From positions 960,001 to 1,024,000 of the forward strand of contig JBKBWQ010000001.1 of NCBI GenBank assembly GCA_046314355.1: DNA of 64,000 bases. The letters are read 5' to 3'. A model generated the notes under the pieces. It worked only from the letters and a program-made list of their open reading frames with translations, had not been told where the DNA came from and did not search any database. The DNA is from Candidatus Altimarinota bacterium. Its GTDB lineage: Bacteria > Patescibacteriota > Gracilibacteria > 1-14-2-50-48-13. Both the position numbers and the translations under genes were made by a program. Of this stretch, positions 1 to 9,298 are shown piece after piece (within the stretch, counting starts at the first letter, position 1; every line of letters starts with the position of its first letter).

Positions 1-88
1 AAAAAAGATGTACTCTAAAGCAGTAACCTTGCGCTTTATTTTCAAGAGAGTATAAGCTTTTCAAAGAAAAGCATTATTTTCTTAATCT

Positions 89-319
89 ATGATTATGAAG
101 AACTCAGAAAATTATTTCTCACATAAAGACCTCGATAAAAATTTTAAGGCTGCACAAAATGTATTAGTTGAGTTAAGGGAAATTGCAGAAAGTGAAGTCT
201 ATATTCCTGAGAATTCCAAAAGCTACGAAAATATTTCTAGTGTCCCAGGAGTAGACAGAGTTCTACAGGAGATACACTCACTTGTAATGGAGGAAGTTTA
301 CACACCAAAAAGCATCTAA
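89..319 (+). CDS. small hypothetical protein
   Basis: 76-aa ORF, ATG to TAA, co-oriented with neighbours; no recognisable motif. Confidence 0.5.
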   Translation: MIMKNSENYFSHKDLDKNFKAAQNVLVELREIAESEVYIPENSKSYENISSVPGVDRVLQEIHSLVMEEVYTPKSI

Positions 320-360
320 CCTTATAAGCTAAGAATACTTTTAACTACATATCTGTTCGT

Positions 361-873
361 ATGAAAAATTATCTTAAACTCTCAGCACTATACTTCCTCG
401 CATTCTATGTAAGTGCATCACTCTTCTTTTTCATCGCAACACTTCTCGTTACAGGTAATACTCAGACCTGTATTTTCAGTACTTTTCAAGGCAGTTCGAG
501 CTATCACTGCATGTTTCCATATCAATATATTGCAGCTCTCTGTCTTGCTGCAGCTCTTGTTATTCCGCTTTGGATTAAATATTTTTATCAGACAAACTGG
601 GTAAAAAAATACGGCACACTTCTTCTTTCTTTTCTGCTTATTATTTTTATCTCCAGTATCTTCGGTGGCATTCTCTGGGCAACTCATGAGATAATCGTCG
701 TAGGAGATCATAGAGGTATGGGCTGGCCATTATTTTATTGGTTTGAAATAAAGAATACACTTGGGTACGGATGGATAGTTCTTGCTAGATCCTTTCCATA
801 TAATTTAGTCATACTCATCTTAGGAGGAATATTTATAAATTATTCTGCAAAATACGCTCTCAGAAGCATTTAA
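361..873 (+). CDS. hypothetical integral membrane protein (~4 TM)
   Basis: 170-aa ORF with several hydrophobic helices. Confidence 0.75.
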   Translation: MKNYLKLSALYFLAFYVSASLFFFIATLLVTGNTQTCIFSTFQGSSSYHCMFPYQYIAALCLAAALVIPLWIKYFYQTNWVKKYGTLLLSFLLIIFISSIFGGILWATHEIIVVGDHRGMGWPLFYWFEIKNTLGYGWIVLARSFPYNLVILILGGIFINYSAKYALRSI

Positions 874-973
874 AGGATGTTAGAAAAGCTTTTTACTGTT
901 AAATTTTTCGTTTTCCTATAGAATAGAAATTATCTCAAAGGATAGGTACCAGATCTCCTAACCCTCCCCTTTC

Positions 974-2329
974 ATGTCTACAAATCTCAAAATAGGATTA
1001 CTAGCTTTTACACTATTTTTCTCACTCCAGTCTGTCTCTGCACAGCAGTCATCTTTCAATGATACTTCCAATTACCCTTGGAAAGCATCTATTAACTACC
1101 TCTCTTCCAGAGGTATTATTCAAGGTTACGCTGATGGCTCTTTCCAGCCTATCAATAAAATTAATCGTGCAGAATTTACAAAGATTATCATTGGAGCTCT
1201 GTATCCGGAGGAAATAAAAACCTTTTCCAAAGACTCCTGTTTTCCTGACGTACCTGCAAATGAATGGTTTACTCCCTACATATGTTTAGGAAAGACTAAG
1301 GGAATCATCAAAGGCAATCCTGACGGCAAATTCCATCCAGCAAATCTCATCAATCAAGCAGAATCATTAAAGATACTTCTGACAGGATTTGGACTTTCTC
1401 AAGAAAGCACCTCTGGGACATGGTATCAGCCTTTTTTTGATACCGCTTCAGCACTAAAAATGTATTATTTTACAAAAGAAGATGCTCCAGCCTATGAGAT
1501 TAGCCGAGGTGAGATGGCTTACTTTACAGCCTGGCTTCTGAGTAGAAAAGAAGGACAAAAGGTAGACCAGCTTCCTGGCATTACTGAGAGATTTAGTTAT
1601 TCCAAAAATGGAGATACCTATACAGTCAAAATAAATGCAAGTCAGGTACAAATGCGGATCATGTCAGGCAATGAATCCCTGAGGCATAAGGAGCTCTCAC
1701 CGCCTGATAACTGCAACTACCCGCATCATTGTATTGCAGAGGCTCAAGCAGAAACTTTCTCAAGTTTTATTAATAGATCTCACAAAAAACTTGTGGTAAA
1801 CGGAAGCTTCTTTGATGCCTATTCAAAGGCACTTGATGGCAAGAATTTTCATCAAATATCATCAGATATTATTATCAACGGCGCAATGAAATCCATGTAC
1901 GGATGGGATAATGCCTTTGGTGACGGAGGTATGCTTGCGCAGCTTTCAGATGGATCTTTCAAACTTTTCTACCCTATTCGTGAATGGTTATCGAGCACTA
2001 TTTCAGTACAAAACGCTCTTTCAAATTATCCGCTGATTCTCAAGAACGGAGTCGTTCGGGAAAAGAATGATATTCCTATGTATGATGAAAATGATGTTAA
2101 ATTCTGGAGTTCTGGAAGAAGAGGTGGATTCGCACTCTCACAGGATAAGCAAACTATCATCTATGTCAGTACACTTGGAACTGTCTCAGATCTTGGAAGA
2201 AAGCTCAAGGAGGCTGGAGGATATCTAGGATTTGCACTGGATGCCGGGTCTTCAAACGGATTTTACTTTAATGGAACTACTTTTATTAATCCTGGGAGAA
2301 AGCTCACGACGGTTGTGGAGATTTACTAG
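974..2329 (+). CDS. secreted SLH-domain protein with C-terminal phosphodiester glycosidase (NAGPA/DUF2233-like) domain
   Basis: Signal peptide (…SVSA-QQ); SLH motifs GIIQGYADGSFQP-INRAEF and GIIKGNPDGKFHP; C-terminal VNGSFF, RRGGFAL, ALDAGSS resemble NAGPA motifs. Confidence 0.75.
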   Translation: MSTNLKIGLLAFTLFFSLQSVSAQQSSFNDTSNYPWKASINYLSSRGIIQGYADGSFQPINKINRAEFTKIIIGALYPEEIKTFSKDSCFPDVPANEWFTPYICLGKTKGIIKGNPDGKFHPANLINQAESLKILLTGFGLSQESTSGTWYQPFFDTASALKMYYFTKEDAPAYEISRGEMAYFTAWLLSRKEGQKVDQLPGITERFSYSKNGDTYTVKINASQVQMRIMSGNESLRHKELSPPDNCNYPHHCIAEAQAETFSSFINRSHKKLVVNGSFFDAYSKALDGKNFHQISSDIIINGAMKSMYGWDNAFGDGGMLAQLSDGSFKLFYPIREWLSSTISVQNALSNYPLILKNGVVREKNDIPMYDENDVKFWSSGRRGGFALSQDKQTIIYVSTLGTVSDLGRKLKEAGGYLGFALDAGSSNGFYFNGTTFINPGRKLTTVVEIY

Positions 2330-2368
2330 TTCTTATGTATATCTCAGCCACATATGCTACCCCTCTTT

Positions 2369-2890
2369 TTATTCTTCAAAATGAGAAAATATAATCTTTG
2401 AATCAAGCTGATGCAAAAATAATGCATTCACATTTTTTCCTGCAAGAACTTTAGGTATCCAAAATTGGTATGCTTCCCACATGCGCTCAAAAGGTAATTC
2501 ATCTTTATGAAACCAAATGGGTTTTATTACATCTGTCTCTACTGGTTCGCCCTCCCACTCCTCTATAAGAAAAACGGTAATATCCATATTGTAATGTGAT
2601 TTCTCAGGAACATTAATATGCCTTATCCGTCCAATTTGAGTCATACCTGTAATCTTGATTCCAATCTCTTCCTCAGCTTCCCGTATCATTGCTTCCTCAT
2701 GAGTTTCATTTTTAAATGCTTCTTCATCACCCACCTTTCCTCCTATTCCAGCAATAAGATTTTCTCCCAAATTCATAGATACTTTTTTACGAAGTCCCAT
2801 AAGTATCTGATCTTCTTTTAAACAAAATCCCACAACTGCAGGTACAAAACGAGCATTCAGTTCCAGTACTTTTTTATCTATCGCATTCAT
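2369..2890 (-). CDS. NUDIX hydrolase, MutT/MTH1-like
   Basis: GGKV…ETHEEAMIREAEEEIG Nudix box; LPFERMW…FWIP is MTH1-like. Confidence 0.85.
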   Translation of the reverse strand: MNAIDKKVLELNARFVPAVVGFCLKEDQILMGLRKKVSMNLGENLIAGIGGKVGDEEAFKNETHEEAMIREAEEEIGIKITGMTQIGRIRHINVPEKSHYNMDITVFLIEEWEGEPVETDVIKPIWFHKDELPFERMWEAYQFWIPKVLAGKNVNALFLHQLDSKIIFSHFEE

Positions 2891-2914
2891 AAGTCACTAT
2901 AAGTAATAATATGC

Positions 2915-2943
2915 TTGCATAGTATTCTCTTTTTTCCTACTGT
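2915..2943 (+). promoter_or_regulatory. sigma70-like promoter of the NDT-RHH gene
   Basis: TTGCAT (2915-2920), 17-nt spacer, TACTGT (2938-2943). Confidence 0.5.
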
Positions 2944-2946
2944 ATA

Positions 2947-2973
2947 TGCACATTATGCACATTTTTTGCACAT
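2947..2973 (+). promoter_or_regulatory. three TGCACAT direct repeats, putative operator
   Basis: TGCACAT at 2947, 2956 and 2967, between the -10 box and the ATG at 2981. Confidence 0.6.
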
Positions 2974-2980
2974 ACATTTT

Positions 2981-3598
2981 ATGAAAATTTACTTTACCTG
3001 TTCCACCGCTGATTTCTTTACACATAAGAATGAATACTTTGCGATAAGAGAGACTCTTTTAAAACACAATCATATTCTTACTCGTGACTGGCTGATTGAG
3101 ACTGAAGAGGCATTGATGAATTACAAAAAAGACATATGTAATGTCAAAGATACCTATTCAAAATGTGTCCAAGCTCTTCGGGATGCTGATCTCGTCATCA
3201 TAGAAGATACGGTTTCAAACTTCAGTACTGGTCATCAAATTACTCTCGCTCTTCAATATAAACGCCCTACTCTTGTTCTCTGGAAGAAAGAAAAACCAAA
3301 ACATTTTAAACAAATGTTCATTCATGGAGTAGAGTCAGAGTTTCTTGAAATAGCAGAATATGATCTAGATACCTTGGAACAAAATATTCTTACTTTTATT
3401 TCTAAGTATGCTCACGCTGAAGAGAAAAACAGGTTTCACCTGGTACTGAATGGTGTTGAAAGACAGTATTTAGACTGGTCACAATTCAATAAAAGTAAAA
3501 GCCGCACTACGCTTATTCGAGAGGCATTGAAAAATATGATGAATAACGATCAAGAATATTCAAGATACCTCTATAAAGGTGAACAAACTCTTCTTTAG
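2981..3598 (+). CDS. nucleoside 2-deoxyribosyltransferase (Rcl/DNPH1)-like domain fused to C-terminal ribbon-helix-helix; putative regulator
   Basis: MKIYFTCS…ADLVIIEDT…STGHQITLAL…PTLVL matches the NDT fold; RFHLVL…QYLDW…SRTTLIREAL is RHH-like; start moved from TTG 2915 to ATG 2981. Confidence 0.7.
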   Translation: MKIYFTCSTADFFTHKNEYFAIRETLLKHNHILTRDWLIETEEALMNYKKDICNVKDTYSKCVQALRDADLVIIEDTVSNFSTGHQITLALQYKRPTLVLWKKEKPKHFKQMFIHGVESEFLEIAEYDLDTLEQNILTFISKYAHAEEKNRFHLVLNGVERQYLDWSQFNKSKSRTTLIREALKNMMNNDQEYSRYLYKGEQTLL

Positions 3599-3648
3599 AA
3601 ATTTATAAAAAAGTGCTATACTATCCCATTATACCGTTATTCTAATAT

Positions 3649-4035
3649 ATGTTTAAAAATGCACATACCTTCAGCAGCTTCTCTACAGATAATATAGAAA
3701 AAGCTAAAGAATTTTATGGAGATATACTTGGTCTTGAGATCAAAGAAGACAAAGAAATGGGACTTCTTGGTATACATCTAAAAAATGGAGGAGAAATAAT
3801 GATCTATCCAAAGAATGATCATACGCCTGCCACATTTACAGTGCTAAACTTTAATGTAGATGATATTGAAAAAAGCGTAGATGAGCTTACCTCAAAAGGT
3901 GTGAAGTTTGAGCAGTATCACCAAGAAGGACTTACTACTAATGAAAAAGGTATCAGCCGCAGCGAATACGGTCCTACGGCAGTTGCATGGTTCAAAGATA
4001 ATGCAGGTAATATCATCTCAGTGATTCAGGAGTAG
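3649..4035 (+). CDS. VOC/glyoxalase family protein
   Basis: FSTDNIEKAKEFYGDILGL…LNFNVDDIE…AWFKDNAGNII. Confidence 0.9.
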   Translation: MFKNAHTFSSFSTDNIEKAKEFYGDILGLEIKEDKEMGLLGIHLKNGGEIMIYPKNDHTPATFTVLNFNVDDIEKSVDELTSKGVKFEQYHQEGLTTNEKGISRSEYGPTAVAWFKDNAGNIISVIQE

Positions 4036-4043
4036 CCAAGAGA

Positions 4044-4466
4044 CTAGAGAACGTCACCTGAAAAATTTTTGATAAATTCTTCGCAGGTGTTCATTTCATG
4101 TATCTCAATAAGATTACCACACGTATCTTCAAAAATTGCCACAATTCCCCACTCTGTATGTTTCGGAGGCTGTCTGAATACAATACCCAGATCTTTGAGT
4201 TTTTGATACTCTCTCTGAACATTTGCAATTCCAAGTACAATAATCGGGATTCGTTTTTCTAAAATTATTTTTTGGTATGTTTCCACATGAGGAGCATTAT
4301 TCGGCTCCAATAAAAGTGCAGTTCCTTCAGGATCTTCAGGCGAGACTACAACTGCAAGATTCATCTCAGGCATATAAATCTTTTCCTTAAATCCAAGGAT
4401 CTCTGTATAAAATTTAAATGCTTTAGGCACATCATCGACAAAAACATTTGTAAGCAGTATTTTCAT
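4044..4466 (-). CDS. VOC/glyoxalase family protein
   Basis: VFVDDVPKAFKFYTEILGF…AIFEDTCGNLIEI. Confidence 0.9.
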   Translation of the reverse strand: MKILLTNVFVDDVPKAFKFYTEILGFKEKIYMPEMNLAVVVSPEDPEGTALLLEPNNAPHVETYQKIILEKRIPIIVLGIANVQREYQKLKDLGIVFRQPPKHTEWGIVAIFEDTCGNLIEIHEMNTCEEFIKNFSGDVL

Positions 4467-4627
4467 AATCGTAATATTCAGTAGTAGTACACAATGACCT
4501 ATACTATCAAAATAAAAAAGTAGCGCTAGGTTATTTTATATGAAAAGAATATAAAAATTATTCTTCTCTTTTTATGAATATTCACTACAATCAAAATGCA
4601 GTTATCAATAATAATTATTAGTAATAT

Positions 4628-6271
4628 ATGAATGCTTCCGAATTATTTGTAAAATGTCTGGAACAGGAAGGTGTCGAATATATCTTCGGTGTCCCTGGTG
4701 AAGAGAATCTAGCATTTCTAGAAGCTCTAAGAACTTCAAAAATCAAAATGATCGTAACTCGACACGAGCAAGCTGCAGCCTTTATGGCAGCTACATATGG
4801 ACGTTTGACTGGTCGGACTGGTGTTGCTTTATCTACTCTCGGACCTGGAGCCACGAATTTTGTGACTGCAGTTGCATATGCACAGCTTGGAGGGATGCCT
4901 CTTCTGATCATTACAGGACAAAAACCTATCAAGAAGAGTAAGCAGGGACGCTTTCAGATCATCGATGTAGTACAGATGATGAAACCCATTACAAAAATGG
5001 CTGAGAGAATAGTAAGCAGTGACCGAATCCCCTCTCTCGTGAGAGAGGCTTTCAAGATCGCCGAAGATGAACGTCCAGGGGCAGTGCATCTCGAACTCCC
5101 TGAAGACATCGCAGATGAAACCGTTGAAGATCTTTCTCCTTTAGAGAGGATCAAAGTACGGCGTCCGGGACCTGATCCTAAAGCCATTACAGAAGCTGTT
5201 GCAATGATTGAAAAAGCAAAACATCCACTTCTTGTCATCGCAGCCGGTGCAAATAGAAAGCTGATATCCCGGAGACTCTCTGAATTTGTAGAGAAAACTG
5301 GCATTCCATTTGTTACCACACAGATGGGTAAAGGTGTAGTCGACGAAAGAAATGATTTATATATGGGAACAACAGCGCTTACGGCGGATGATTACGTTCA
5401 CTGTATTGTGGAAAAAGCCGACCTGATTATCACAGTCGGTCATGATGTCTATGAGAAACCGCCTGCTCTTTTGGGACAGGGAAAGAAAAAAGTACTCCAT
5501 ATTCATTTTTATCCAGCAGCTATAGACGATGTCTACTTCCCAAATTATGAAGTAGTAGGAGATATTGCCCATACTATGTGGGCACTTTCAGAGGCAGTCA
5601 CACCACAGTCACATTGGGATTTTAGTACATTTATCAAGAATAAGTCTCAAGGTGAAAAATTCATTCATACAAAAGATGACGTCTCTTCATTTCCTATCAT
5701 TCCACAGCGTTTTGTAGCAGATTTGAGAAAAGTTATCCCTGAGGACGGAATAATAGCTCTCGACAACGGTGTATACAAACTCTGGGTAGCAAGAAATTAT
5801 CCGGCAATCGGACAGAATACTGTACTGCTCGATAACGCACTTGCTACGATGGGAGCAGGTCTGCCATCAGCAATGGGAGCAAAAATGATTTATCCTGAAA
5901 AAGTAGTAGTGGCTATCTGCGGAGACGGAGGATTTATGATGAATTCTCAGGAGATCGAAACAGCGGTACGGTTGAAACTCGATCTTGTAGTGATTATCCT
6001 AAATGACAATGGCTACGGCATGATCAAATGGAAGCAGAAAGGTATGGGGCTTCCTGACTTTGCACTCGACTACGGTAATCCCGACTTTGTAAAATATGCG
6101 GAGAGTTATGGCGCATACGGACATCGTCTAGACAAGACAGAAAACTTCGAGAAACTTCTCTCTGACTGCATCCGGTCAAAAGGCGTACATATTATAGAAG
6201 TCCCTGTAGACTATTCAGAAAATCACACAGTCTTCTATGAAGAATTAAAATCAAAACAGTGTGAAGTATAA
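4628..6271 (+). CDS. ThDP-dependent enzyme, acetolactate synthase large-subunit-like
   Basis: IFGVPGEEN, RHEQAAAFMA, TLGPGATN, ThDP motif GDGGFMM…ILNDNGYG; no small subunit adjacent. Confidence 0.9.
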   Translation: MNASELFVKCLEQEGVEYIFGVPGEENLAFLEALRTSKIKMIVTRHEQAAAFMAATYGRLTGRTGVALSTLGPGATNFVTAVAYAQLGGMPLLIITGQKPIKKSKQGRFQIIDVVQMMKPITKMAERIVSSDRIPSLVREAFKIAEDERPGAVHLELPEDIADETVEDLSPLERIKVRRPGPDPKAITEAVAMIEKAKHPLLVIAAGANRKLISRRLSEFVEKTGIPFVTTQMGKGVVDERNDLYMGTTALTADDYVHCIVEKADLIITVGHDVYEKPPALLGQGKKKVLHIHFYPAAIDDVYFPNYEVVGDIAHTMWALSEAVTPQSHWDFSTFIKNKSQGEKFIHTKDDVSSFPIIPQRFVADLRKVIPEDGIIALDNGVYKLWVARNYPAIGQNTVLLDNALATMGAGLPSAMGAKMIYPEKVVVAICGDGGFMMNSQEIETAVRLKLDLVVIILNDNGYGMIKWKQKGMGLPDFALDYGNPDFVKYAESYGAYGHRLDKTENFEKLLSDCIRSKGVHIIEVPVDYSENHTVFYEELKSKQCEV

Positions 6272-6275
6272 ATGT

Positions 6276-6333
6276 CGTCATCCTGCAGAGTGACGCACTG
6301 TCTTTAGCAACTAATAGCAGAACTGCAGGACCC
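6276..6333 (+). repeat. CGTC-tagged palindromic repeat, copy 1
   Basis: CGTCATCCTGCAGAGTGA…TCTTTAG…AACTGCAGGACCC; stem TCCTGCAG/CTGCAGGA; homologous to 12058 and 13328. Confidence 0.75.
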
Positions 6334-6416
6334 AAATAACACAGTATCTTGAAGTCTCTTACTCCTGATGATGATACTTTAGTCCACTCGCAATTCCTAT
6401 CCTTAACTCTTTCACC

Positions 6417-7841
6417 ATGAACTCTTTCTCTCTCTTTATAAAAGATGCAAAAAGCACAGGAACAATAGTAGAAATCAAAAGCCCTTACGACGGAGCACTT
6501 GTCGGAAAAGTAGAAAAAGCAGATAGTGCGGCTCTCGAAAAAGCTTTAAAAAATGCAGCAGACAGCTTTGAAAACATCATGAAAACCATGCCTGCATGGA
6601 AAAGAGCGGAGATTCTCTACAAGGTAGCTGATCTTATGAAAGAGCATCACGAAGATCTCTCACAGACCATCGCGCAGGAGGGAGGAAAACCTTTGAAAGA
6701 TGCCAAAGTAGAAATAACTCGTGCAATCAATACTGTACGTATGTCAGGAAATGAAGCTCTACAGATGAATGGAGAACAGCTCACGATGGACCGTGCAGCA
6801 GGCACCGAGAATCATCTTGCCTTTACGATACGTGAACCTATTGGACCCGTTCTCGCGATATCTGCTTTCAATCACCCCGTAAATCTTATCTGCCATCAAG
6901 TAGCCACTGCTTTTGCAGCAGGAAATTCTGTGATCGTAAAACCAGCAAGCCAGACTCCTTTATCATGTCTCAAACTTGCAAAATTATTTCAGGAAGCAGG
7001 ACTTCCAGATGGAGTACTCAATGTTGCTATCGTCGGAGGAGCAGATACAGAGCAGCTAGTAAAAGACTCACGTATTCGCTTTATAACCTTTATCGGAAGC
7101 GGAAAAGTAGGATGGGAGATTGAGAAAACAAAGCATGAAGGAACTAGACTCTCTCTTGAGCATGGAGGAACAGCATGTGCGATAGTAGACAGCTCCGCAG
7201 ACATTGAAAAGATACTTCCAGGATTAGTGAGAGGAAGCTTCTATCACGCAGGACAGGTATGTGTGTCTACTCAGAATATTTATGTTCATGAAAGTAAATA
7301 TGAGGAGGTACTTTCAAAGATGGTTGAGAAGGCAAAGCTTTTGAAAGTAGGCGCTGCTACAGATGAAGACACCGATATTGGACCAATTATTAGTAAAAAA
7401 GAACAGGAAAGAATCCTCTCCTGGATTCAGGAAGCAAAGGCACAGGGAGCTAGAATTGAGCTTGGCGGAAATGCGGTAGGTGATAGCTGTATCGATGCAA
7501 CTATTTTGACTAGTACCTCTATGAAGATGAAAGTAATGAATGCAGAAGTCTTCGGACCGGTCGTAAATATTATTCCTTTTTCAGATATTGAAGCTGTTAT
7601 CAAAGAAATCAATGCAACTCCTTTCTCTTTCCAGGCTGCAGTGTATGCACAGGACATCAATACCGCTCTAAACACAGCAAAAAAGATCGATGCAAAAGCC
7701 TGCATAATCAATGATCCCTCTACCTTTAGAGTAGACTGGATGCCGTTTGGAGGAGCAAAAGAGTCAGGACTTGGAGTAGGAGGAGTGAGAAGCAGTATGC
7801 ATGAGATGAGTCAGGAGAAGCTGATTATTGTGAAGTTATAA
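6417..7841 (+). CDS. aldehyde dehydrogenase family protein
   Basis: AISAFNHP, VKPASQTP, FIGSGKVG, LEHGG, catalytic AGQVCVS, EVFGP, PFGGAKESG. Confidence 0.95.
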   Translation: MNSFSLFIKDAKSTGTIVEIKSPYDGALVGKVEKADSAALEKALKNAADSFENIMKTMPAWKRAEILYKVADLMKEHHEDLSQTIAQEGGKPLKDAKVEITRAINTVRMSGNEALQMNGEQLTMDRAAGTENHLAFTIREPIGPVLAISAFNHPVNLICHQVATAFAAGNSVIVKPASQTPLSCLKLAKLFQEAGLPDGVLNVAIVGGADTEQLVKDSRIRFITFIGSGKVGWEIEKTKHEGTRLSLEHGGTACAIVDSSADIEKILPGLVRGSFYHAGQVCVSTQNIYVHESKYEEVLSKMVEKAKLLKVGAATDEDTDIGPIISKKEQERILSWIQEAKAQGARIELGGNAVGDSCIDATILTSTSMKMKVMNAEVFGPVVNIIPFSDIEAVIKEINATPFSFQAAVYAQDINTALNTAKKIDAKACIINDPSTFRVDWMPFGGAKESGLGVGGVRSSMHEMSQEKLIIVKL

Positions 7842-7892
7842 TCTGTTACTATTAGTTAGAAAATATAAGTGCTTTTACTACTAAAAAAGAAA

Positions 7893-8297
7893 ATGAGCCT
7901 AGATATTTTTATAAAAAGTTTACAAAAACTCTCTATTGTTTGTGGGGTAGTAGTTCTAATCTACGGAATTTGTTTTATAGGTTATCTTTTTATTCCCAGC
8001 AAATGGATGTTACTTCATCAAGTAACGACATGGGAACAGATCCCTTTCGACAGAGATCTATGGTTAAAATCAGCTAAAGAAGAGAGAGGAACAATGATTA
8101 AATCTCTCGTGGAAAATCAAAAATTTGATAATATGAAAAGAGATAATATAGAAGAAACACTTGGTAAAAGTAATTTATATTGTGGCAATGATGTCATGGC
8201 ATGTTATGAAGTATCACACAAAAATATTTCTTACGAATTAGGGTTTTTTCCTAAAGATTCTGGGCAAGTAGATATATTTTTGAATAAAATTGATTAA
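7893..8297 (+). CDS. hypothetical membrane-anchored protein
   Basis: One TM helix, then FDRDLW…RGTMIKSL…IEETLG; ATG 7893 preferred over GTG 7869. Confidence 0.65.
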   Translation: MSLDIFIKSLQKLSIVCGVVVLIYGICFIGYLFIPSKWMLLHQVTTWEQIPFDRDLWLKSAKEERGTMIKSLVENQKFDNMKRDNIEETLGKSNLYCGNDVMACYEVSHKNISYELGFFPKDSGQVDIFLNKID

Positions 8298-8367
8298 ATC
8301 TTATCTCCTGCCCTGTAGCATTTTTCTATCAAGCAGACAAGTCTCCACAACAAAATACAGTAACTAA

Positions 8368-8610
8368 TTCATAATTCTCTCTGAAACTTTTGATTTCACT
8401 CGGAACATTAATGAAGTAGCAGAGAGCATTGCAGAAAAGTTCAACTTCCCTTACTTAGTACTCGATTTCTTCTATATTGTAAACGAACAGCAGAATAACT
8501 TTGATTACATTGCAGAAATCCCGCAAGGCGTAGAACTAATGCAGAAAACTATAATAGCATTCAACAAAAAAGCACCGCGTTTGAGCCGGTGCTTTTTTCT
8601 ATTGTACTAG
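8368..8610 (+). pseudogene. possible gene remnant (81-codon open frame with no canonical start at its 5' end)
   Basis: Frame FIILSETFDFTRNINEVAESIAEKFNFPYLVLDFFY…LLY* lies between a TAA and a TAG and has protein-like composition. Confidence 0.3.
8566..8598. terminator. bidirectional intrinsic terminator
   Basis: AAAAAAGCACCG-loop-CGGTGCTTTTTT between convergent genes. Confidence 0.8.
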
Positions 8611-8639
8611 TTCGTCGTCGCTGGAGCAGTAATCTGAGT

Positions 8640-9230
8640 CTACTTTGCAGCTCTATCCGCACTCATCTTCGCCTTCATCAAATCCTTTAATGTACCGTCA
8701 GTCTTTGCCTTAGCTAAAGCCTCAGCAGTAATACCAAGCTTTGTTGCAAGTTCTGCATCACTAAGTTTAGCACCTCTCATCATTTTACCTTTTCCTTCTG
8801 GTCTAGCAGGAGGCATAAGTAGTTCACTTACTTTTTTATCCTTCATCTCTAAATATCTTTTGTCAAACTCCGTACCGAAGTTCTCAGTAATTTTAGCGAG
8901 TTCCTTCGCCTTTAACTGTTCCTGAGTAACACCCTTTTCAGCGAGAAGCTGCGTAAGAGTTTTACCGGAAGTATCACTTTTTAGAGCTGTTATTTCTGCA
9001 TCAGTAAGACCAAGTGCTTCTATAAGAGGATGCTTCCCCATCATAGCTCCACCATGCATTTTACCGAAACCACCTTCACGGGGAATGACAGCCTGAGTTG
9101 TAGCCGCAGCATTTGTATTCTGCACGTCAGCTGCATGTACAGCGGATGAGAGAAGGACGCCTGCTCCAAGACTTACCGTAAGTAAACCAGCACCCACTCC
9201 ATAAAGAGTGTGTTTCATTGATACGTTCAT
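8640..9230 (-). CDS. secreted/periplasmic helical hypothetical protein
   Basis: Signal peptide ending AVHA-AD, Gly/Met-rich linkers, repeated LGLTDAEI / LGITAEAL; start moved to ATG 9230. Confidence 0.75.
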   Translation of the reverse strand: MNVSMKHTLYGVGAGLLTVSLGAGVLLSSAVHAADVQNTNAAATTQAVIPREGGFGKMHGGAMMGKHPLIEALGLTDAEITALKSDTSGKTLTQLLAEKGVTQEQLKAKELAKITENFGTEFDKRYLEMKDKKVSELLMPPARPEGKGKMMRGAKLSDAELATKLGITAEALAKAKTDGTLKDLMKAKMSADRAAK

Positions 9231-9298
9231 AAAGTTGAAATTATTTGTAGAATGTAAGCTTACCCTACTGACACAACCCACAAAGAAAAAGGTTTCAA

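Noticed and set aside
3649-4466. Convergent VOC pair as a single system
   Set aside because: Two common, divergent glyoxalase-like genes on opposite strands with no evidence of linkage
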